Shown here: in pieces, positions 26,435 through 32,000 of the stretch
Layout of the letters: each line of letters starts with the position of its first letter
How positions within the stretch are numbered: position 1 is the stretch's first letter
Assembly (NCBI GenBank): GCA_963698035.1
Contig: OY969114.1
Span: 630,001 to 662,000, forward strand
DNA length: 32,000 nucleotides
Reading direction: 5' to 3'
DNA from: Candidatus Saccharimonadota bacterium
Lineage (GTDB): Archaea > Micrarchaeota > Micrarchaeia > Micrarchaeales > Micrarchaeaceae
The notes under the pieces: generated by a model
Seen by the model: only the letters and a program-made list of their open reading frames with translations
Database searches by the model: none
What the model was told of the DNA's origin: nothing
Program-made: the position numbers and the translations under genes

Positions 26435-26508
26435 TAGCCTCGGGAGGGATTTGAACCCCCGACCTACTGCTTACGAAACAGTCGCTCTACCCCTGAGCTA
26501 CCGAGGCT
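26435..26508 (-). tRNA. tRNA-Thr (CGU).
   Basis: Minus-strand read: AGCCUCG GU AGCUC AGGGGU AGAGC G ACUGU UUCGUAA GCAGU AGGUC GGGGG UUCAAAU CCCUC CGAGGCU A. The cloverleaf is complete, the anticodon is CGU, and there is no intron or encoded CCA. Confidence 0.9.
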
Positions 26509-26529
26509 ATGATAATATTTTACGCATAC

Positions 26530-26537
26530 TATTAAAA
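26530..26537 (-). promoter_or_regulatory. TATA box for tRNA-Thr; possibly shared with the divergent surface-protein gene.
   Basis: The minus strand reads GGTTTTAATAG. The TTTTAATA core lies 22-29 nt upstream of the tRNA 5' end (26508). The same AT-rich element lies 25-32 nt upstream of ATG 26562 on the plus strand. Confidence 0.4.
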
Positions 26538-26561
26538 CCTTAAGGAGCTATCATAAAGGTA

Positions 26562-29546
26562 ATGGCGATGTTTAATTTGGCAGGGCAGGCACTATATGCA
26601 CAGATACCCGGCGATCTTGCACCCCAGCCCGGAAGTGCGATTCCTGTGGCTCCGCAACCTGAACCGCCGGTATTCAGCGTGTCCCAGCCTCTTCCGTCAC
26701 CCTCCAAGGCGGGGCCCAAGATCACGCTTCGCAGGCCGAGGCATGCAACCCTGATAATCGTCGCAATAGTAATCGTTGTGGCACTGGCTGCCACGGCCGT
26801 CCTCTTCACAAAGGTGCTGCTTCCGCCAACCACCACAACCACCACAGTATCACAGTCAAACAGGAACATGATAAGCGCATGCGGCACCATAAGTTCGCCA
26901 GGAAGCTACACCTTTGCCTCCAACATATCCACCAGCATAGGCTCTGGTGCATGCATAAACGTTACCGCGAGCAACGTCCAGATATTCTGCTCCGAGGATT
27001 CGCTCCGCGGCTCAGGTCCATACTCCGGCGTGCCCCCATTCACGTACGGCATAGAGCTATCCGGCAATTATGATACCGTGAATGGCTGCACCATAGGCAA
27101 CTTCTCATACGGGATATTCGCAAAGCAGTCCTCGAACCTGACAATATCGGGCGACAGCCTGTTGTACAACTACGTCTCGAACATATACCTCAATGGCGTC
27201 AAGAACAGCCAGGTGTACAATAACAGACTGTCTGGCGCGGTCAGCCTTCAGGGCGGTCTATACATTACCAATGGCGCGACCTTAGACGACGTGTACAACA
27301 ACACGCTGCTCTCCAACAAGATCTACGGCATCGTAATAAACGCGAGCGGCAACTCCTTCTACAACAACTACCTAAACGGGAGCTCATATTCATTCTACTG
27401 CAGCGTAAACAGCGGATTGCGAGGCAGCAATAAGGCATCCGGCAACACCTGCTTCAACAACTCCGGCTGCAGCTTCCTCGAATGTCATGGCGTCAACGTT
27501 CCGACGAACCTATCTCAGATATCATTATCAGGCAACGTCAGTAGCTGCGGCTCGATAAACTCCCCGGGCACATACAATCTGCAGCGGGGCATAAACGTGG
27601 GCCAGTTTATAGACGTGAATAGCGCCCGCGCGGGAGGCTATTCGGTCCCGTGCATACGCATAAACTCCGGCAACGTAACTCTCAACTGCAACGGCTTTGC
27701 CATAACCAACGCTCTGGTCGGCATAATAGCCTCAAAGGAGGACAACGTGACGCTCAACGGCTGCAGGATATATGCATCAGCATCAGGAATAGAGCTCTAC
27801 AACATGACCGACTCCTCGCTCAACAACATCTACGCCAATGGAGCCGCAAGCGGAATACTGCTTGACAACTCAAGCGTAGACTTCCTCACCAACATAACCA
27901 TTATCAATGACAGCTACGGGCTCTACATGCTCAACTCAACCACCGACACAATAAACAAGTTCAACGCGCTCAATGACAGCTACGGACTCTACGTGGCGCA
28001 CTCAACAGGCAACATCTTCAACAACGGCAGGGCGCTGAACAGTAGCTCGTTCGACATCTATGCTACCGTAGACTCGGCCAACACTGCATACAACCTCATG
28101 ACGTCGACCACCTGCGGCTACACGAACGCCGTCTGGGCGCCGTGCACGAGCCACATAACAGCCAGTCTCATTTATACCCCAGTGACCTCCTGCATGACAA
28201 TAACCAGGCCCGGCAACTACTCGCTTACAAGTTCGATAGTCACGACCTTCTCATCATGCATAAAGATAGCGTCGAACAATGTCATGCTCAACTGCAGGGG
28301 ATACAGGATAGAGCCCGCGGCCGCCGCCCAAGGCTACGGCATAAGCATAGTCAACGCCACAAATGTAACGGTGCACGGCTGCGACATAGACGGCTATGCG
28401 TACGGGATAAACGCGTCCAATTCCAACAGGGTCACCATAACCAACATAACAGAGCAAACGGGCATCTCCGGAACGGTCTTCAGGGGCGTCAACAGCTCCA
28501 TCATATCTAACATAAACGTGACAGGTGTCTCCGCATTCGGCATAGCCCTGATCAACTCTGGCAGCGACACGCTGGTGGGGGACAATACATCGCATTCGAC
28601 GCAGCAGGGAATAGGCATACTGCTCAACGGTTCCGGGCATAATCTTCTGAGTAACGATTTCGGCAGCGACAACGACTTCGGCCTCGTCCTGCTCGGCAGC
28701 TCGATAAACAACACCATCTACGACAACATCGAGACCGGCAGCGGCACCTACGACTACGTCTGCTCCTCTGCAAGCAGTGCGATCAACGCCGAGTACGGGG
28801 GTGTCAACTACGGAGCAAACAAGCAGGGCTGCAACTGGCTCGCGGTGCTGACGCCGCTATCAAACATGCAATGCTCCGCATCGTTCTCTTCAAACCTCTT
28901 CTCGTTCAGCGCCGACCAGGTCTACAGCTTCGGGGCAACCTGCTATACAGTTTATGGCAACGCAACAACGATAAACTGCAATGGCCACACGGTCATCGCA
29001 ACGAACGGGGGCATCCTCGTCTCCGCCAACAACGCTACAGTAAAGATCGAAAACTGCCTGCTCAAGGGCTTCTACGGCATAGTGCTCTCTAGAAACTCAA
29101 CCGGCGTATCGCTGGTGAACGACACGATCGACATAAACTCGAGCAGCTCCTATTATACCCCGATAAACGTCACAGGCGGCATAAACCCGCTGATAAGTTA
29201 TGACAACATAAGCTCGCCATACTACGGCGTCTACCTATCCTCAACGCGTTTCGGCGCGCTCAGCAACAACAGGGTCTCAGGTGGCTCAGCCGCATACGCC
29301 CTCTCCAACGTCTCCGGCCTCTCTATTACTGACAACCTGGCGCTGCCCGGCAGCGGCATAGGCATGCTTATAAACAATTCAGCAGACACGAGCTTCCAGA
29401 ACAATCTCTTCAACGGTACGCTCTTCGGGATCGAGTGCCTAGGCAGGTCACAGTCTGGCAGCGCGGCGTATGACAATGGTGGCAACGTGTGCTCCTCGGA
29501 ATTCATGTGCGGCTGGATAAGTGCGTCGAGCGCAACCTGCCACTAG
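26562..29546 (+). CDS. Large membrane-anchored surface protein with four right-handed parallel beta-helix (PbH1/NosD-like) modules; a candidate S-layer protein or adhesin.
   Basis: 994-aa ORF. It has a Pro-rich N-terminal segment of about 60 aa and then RRPRH followed by a transmembrane helix ATLIIVAIVIVVALAATAVLF (about 26745-26810). A PPTTTTTT stalk follows at about 26826-26852. Four modules each open with C-x-[ST]-I-x-x-PG-x-Y...C-I-x-[IV]-x-[AS]-x-N-V-x-[LI]-x-C, starting near 26880, 27547, 28186 and 28930. Each is followed by 20-25-residue Asn/Gly/Ser-rich coils typical of beta-helix turns. I hand-counted about 40 N-x-S/T sequons. Confidence 0.75.
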   Translation: MAMFNLAGQALYAQIPGDLAPQPGSAIPVAPQPEPPVFSVSQPLPSPSKAGPKITLRRPRHATLIIVAIVIVVALAATAVLFTKVLLPPTTTTTTVSQSNRNMISACGTISSPGSYTFASNISTSIGSGACINVTASNVQIFCSEDSLRGSGPYSGVPPFTYGIELSGNYDTVNGCTIGNFSYGIFAKQSSNLTISGDSLLYNYVSNIYLNGVKNSQVYNNRLSGAVSLQGGLYITNGATLDDVYNNTLLSNKIYGIVINASGNSFYNNYLNGSSYSFYCSVNSGLRGSNKASGNTCFNNSGCSFLECHGVNVPTNLSQISLSGNVSSCGSINSPGTYNLQRGINVGQFIDVNSARAGGYSVPCIRINSGNVTLNCNGFAITNALVGIIASKEDNVTLNGCRIYASASGIELYNMTDSSLNNIYANGAASGILLDNSSVDFLTNITIINDSYGLYMLNSTTDTINKFNALNDSYGLYVAHSTGNIFNNGRALNSSSFDIYATVDSANTAYNLMTSTTCGYTNAVWAPCTSHITASLIYTPVTSCMTITRPGNYSLTSSIVTTFSSCIKIASNNVMLNCRGYRIEPAAAAQGYGISIVNATNVTVHGCDIDGYAYGINASNSNRVTITNITEQTGISGTVFRGVNSSIISNINVTGVSAFGIALINSGSDTLVGDNTSHSTQQGIGILLNGSGHNLLSNDFGSDNDFGLVLLGSSINNTIYDNIETGSGTYDYVCSSASSAINAEYGGVNYGANKQGCNWLAVLTPLSNMQCSASFSSNLFSFSADQVYSFGATCYTVYGNATTINCNGHTVIATNGGILVSANNATVKIENCLLKGFYGIVLSRNSTGVSLVNDTIDINSSSSYYTPINVTGGINPLISYDNISSPYYGVYLSSTRFGALSNNRVSGGSAAYALSNVSGLSITDNLALPGSGIGMLINNSADTSFQNNLFNGTLFGIECLGRSQSGSAAYDNGGNVCSSEFMCGWISASSATCH

Positions 29547-29558
29547 CTTGGTGAAACC

Positions 29559-31334
29559 ATGCTCTTCAAGGAGCTCTCAGAGTACTATGAAAGGCTTTCC
29601 GCCATCTCGTCGAGGTTGAGCATGATAGACCTGATGGCCGAGGTCTTCAAGAAGGCCATGGAGGACGAGATAAAGAACATAATCTACATAACCCAAGGGG
29701 TGCTCGCTCCTCCATATGAGGGTGTCGAATTCGGCATGGCAGAGAAGATGGTCGAAGAGGCAATAGCAATAGCCACAGGATTCTCAAAGGAGGAGGTCAC
29801 GAAGGAGTACAGGAAGAAGGGTGACATGGGCCTCGCCGCAGAGGAGATAAAGGGAAAGACGAAGCTAAGGAGCATGAGGGACAACAAGCTCACGGTCAAC
29901 TCGCTCTACGAGGCGATGAGAAAGATCGCCACAATCTCAGGAGCGGGCAGTAAGGAATCAAAGATAAAGGCCCTCGCCAGCGTAATCGCGGCTGCAACTC
30001 CCATAGAGGCAAAATACGCAGCAAAGTATCCCGTTGGTGCCCTCCGCCTCGGGCTTGGCGATGCGACAATGCTGGAGGCGCTATCGCTCGCATACTGTGG
30101 CAGCAGGGAGAAGAAGGCTGCACTAGAGAATGCTTACAACCTCTGCAGCGACCTTGGAATGGTTGCAGAGACAATCGCCACAAAAGGGATAGCTGCCATA
30201 GAGCGGTTCAAGGTGACCCTCTTCAAGCCGATAAGGCCGGCTCTCGCGGAGAGGCTGCCTACCGCTGAGCAGATACTTGAGAAGATGCACGGCAAGGCCG
30301 CGGTGGAACAGAAGTATGACGGATTCAGGTGCCAGATACACAAGGATGGGAAGAAGGTCAAGATATTCTCAAGGAGGCTTGAGGACACAACAGAGATGTT
30401 CCCGGATCTTGTCAAGGCTGTGATAGGAGAACTGAAAGCAGACCGCCTTATACTCGATGGTGAGGCGCTCGCTTACAGCGAGACCACAGGAGAGTTCCTG
30501 CCATTCCAGGAGACGATACAGAGGAAGAGAAAGCACGGGATAGAGCAGAAGGTGCTCGAGCTGCCGCTCCACCTCTTCGCGTTTGACATAATGATGCTCA
30601 ATGGTGAGGAGCTGATGAGCGAGCCCTACCACAAGAGAAGGGAGGTCCTGGAGAAGATCCTCAAGAGCACCACGGTCATAAGGCCCTCCACTAGGATAAT
30701 CGCGACGGAGCCAAAGCAATTGGAGGAGTTCTTCGAGAAATCGGTAGAGAACGGCTTAGAGGGAATAGTGGCGAAGGAACTTGACTCAAAGTATATAGCA
30801 GGAGCAAGAAAATTCTCCTGGATAAAGCTGAAGAGGAGCTACAGAGGAGAATTGAACGACACCCTCGACCTCGTAATAGTCGGCTATTATCTCGGAAAGG
30901 GGATGAGGAGCGAGTTCAAGTTCGGCGGGCTGCTCTGCGCGGCGTACAATCAGAAGAGGGACCTCTTCGAGACCGTGTCAAGACTGGGCACAGGGTTCAG
31001 CGAGAAGCAGATGGTGGAGCTGGAGAAGACGCTGAAGAAGCAGGTTGTGAAGACGAAGCCTGCGAGGGTTGACTCGGTAGTCGAGCCAGACTTTTGGGTG
31101 TATCCAAAATATGTGGTAATGGTAAGAGCAGATGAGATAACAGTGTCACCAATGCACACCTGCGGGCGTAAGCAGCAGAAAGACGGCACAGAAGCAGGAT
31201 TCGCACTGAGGTTCCCCAGACTGGCAAGCGACGAGGCGATAAGAAGCGACAAGAGCCCAGAAGAAGCTACCACAAGCAAGGAAGTAGAGGAAATGTACAA
31301 CAATCAGAAGAGGGTCAGGGTGGAGGATAGCTGA
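29559..31334 (+). CDS. lig: ATP-dependent DNA ligase.
   Basis: 591-aa ORF with the adenylation motif I EQKYDGFRCQIH, plus LDGEALAY, EGIVAK and FSWIKLK. The length is typical of archaeal Lig1-type ligases. SD GGTGA lies 4 nt before the ATG. Confidence 0.9.
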   Translation: MLFKELSEYYERLSAISSRLSMIDLMAEVFKKAMEDEIKNIIYITQGVLAPPYEGVEFGMAEKMVEEAIAIATGFSKEEVTKEYRKKGDMGLAAEEIKGKTKLRSMRDNKLTVNSLYEAMRKIATISGAGSKESKIKALASVIAAATPIEAKYAAKYPVGALRLGLGDATMLEALSLAYCGSREKKAALENAYNLCSDLGMVAETIATKGIAAIERFKVTLFKPIRPALAERLPTAEQILEKMHGKAAVEQKYDGFRCQIHKDGKKVKIFSRRLEDTTEMFPDLVKAVIGELKADRLILDGEALAYSETTGEFLPFQETIQRKRKHGIEQKVLELPLHLFAFDIMMLNGEELMSEPYHKRREVLEKILKSTTVIRPSTRIIATEPKQLEEFFEKSVENGLEGIVAKELDSKYIAGARKFSWIKLKRSYRGELNDTLDLVIVGYYLGKGMRSEFKFGGLLCAAYNQKRDLFETVSRLGTGFSEKQMVELEKTLKKQVVKTKPARVDSVVEPDFWVYPKYVVMVRADEITVSPMHTCGRKQQKDGTEAGFALRFPRLASDEAIRSDKSPEEATTSKEVEEMYNNQKRVRVEDS

Positions 31335-31345
31335 ACATCCTATAA

Positions 31346-31672
31346 CTATTCCTGTATTACCGACTCTATTATGCCGGCGAGCCTCTGTACGCTCTTAACA
31401 ACATCCTTCATCTTTGGATTGAGCCTGTAGCCAAGCCCGTATCCTTTCTCTGTTCTTATATGGGTGGGCTGTATCACGTTGAAATCCAGTGAGAGCTCCC
31501 TGAGTGTTATTATGAGCGTCTTCCTGGTGAAGCGCTTCTCGAGCACCGAGTAGAGTTCTCTTGTTGTCCTTGGCGACTTCTTCAGGAGGAGTTCCATGAC
31601 TGCGTAGTTCGGGCGCGTTATCGCCTTCCTGAGCGCCCAGATTTCATCCTTCGGTTTCTCCCCCTTCGCCAT
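31346..31672 (-). CDS. Small putative winged-helix DNA-binding protein.
   Basis: The track ORF extends to 31756, but the ATG at 31672 (MAKGEKPKDE...) lies about 30 nt downstream of TTTATAAA on the minus strand, which would give a leaderless mRNA. ITRPNYAVMELLLKKSPRTTRELYSVLEKRFTRKTLIITLRELS looks like a helix-turn-helix followed by a beta wing (GYGLGYRL). The family was not identified. Confidence 0.45.
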   Translation of the reverse strand: MAKGEKPKDEIWALRKAITRPNYAVMELLLKKSPRTTRELYSVLEKRFTRKTLIITLRELSLDFNVIQPTHIRTEKGYGLGYRLNPKMKDVVKSVQRLAGIIESVIQE

Positions 31673-32000
31673 ATCTGAATCTTCATAATAAAGGTTTATA
31701 AACATTTGTAGTAAAGCCAGTTTCTTGCCCCAATATACACAAACTGATAATTCCATACAATGCTGGTGGCATGCTTAAAAAGCCCATCTTATTTACACAT
31801 GTGGATTTATGTATACCAAGATATAAATATATTTACCGTAATAAATATATTACACGGATAGTATATAGACTGGCATTCGGAAACTGCACAATCTCGCTCA
31901 GCCTTCTTGAAAAGCTGCGCAGGAGGCAACAGCGTGACAAACTGCGGTATCCATCCCATACAGGAAGCCTTTTATATCTAATTATACATAGTTACACTAA

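Noticed and set aside
31862-31962. A short minus-strand ORF (MGWIPQFVTLLPPAQLFKKAERDCAVSECQ..., about 55 aa) near the right edge.
   Set aside because: It is below the usual length threshold and has no SD or properly spaced TATA box. Its C-terminus runs into the AT-rich repeat region. I cannot support it.

Overview
Gene-dense archaeal chromosomal segment, roughly 90% coding. Archaeal origin rests on a histone-fold protein, aEF-1alpha, aIF5B, ribosomal protein S10, a CDC48-type AAA ATPase, a Hel308-type helicase, an ATP-dependent DNA ligase, an intron-containing tRNA, TATA-box promoters 22-35 nt upstream of starts, and Shine-Dalgarno sites matching GGAGGTGATC. All calls come from hand translation and motif recognition; no database search was possible.

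Most of the window is housekeeping: hel308, histone, RNase P RNA, ABC-2 exporter pair, cysS, tRNA-Met/Ile2(CAU), cdc48, tuf, rps10, infB, ndk, a DUF59 Fe-S protein, a DEAD-box helicase, arcC plus an ornithine carbamoyltransferase, tRNA-Thr(CGU), lig, and a small winged-helix protein.

The accessory part is at the left end (1-7897, minus strand). It is a tightly coupled four-gene operon whose products all start with archaeal class III (type IV pilin-like) signal sequences. Three of them carry large ectodomains made of tandem LamG/ConA-like lectin modules, and one also has a beta-propeller-like region. The last gene is missing from the supplied ORF track because it runs off the left edge; I translated it by hand (823 codons, no stop). 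I read this as a candidate pilus-tip or cell-cell adhesion module, and it is the best candidate here for an undescribed system.

A second large surface protein (26562-29546, 994 aa) has four parallel beta-helix modules and about 40 N-glycosylation sequons.

Other observations:
- cdc48 is interrupted by seven single-base insertions, all in the same direction. tuf carries a single 1-nt deletion. All eight indels lie within 14.7-18.6 kb, so this is either a pseudogene or a local consensus error.
- The RNase P RNA is unusually compact, about 236 nt.
- The carbamoyltransferase has no canonical start codon, but an ATC sits behind a near-perfect Shine-Dalgarno site.

No CRISPR array, transposase, integrase or rRNA was seen. 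Lineage is uncertain. The compactness, reduced RNase P RNA and giant surface proteins fit a small-genome (DPANN-like) archaeon, but that is inference only.
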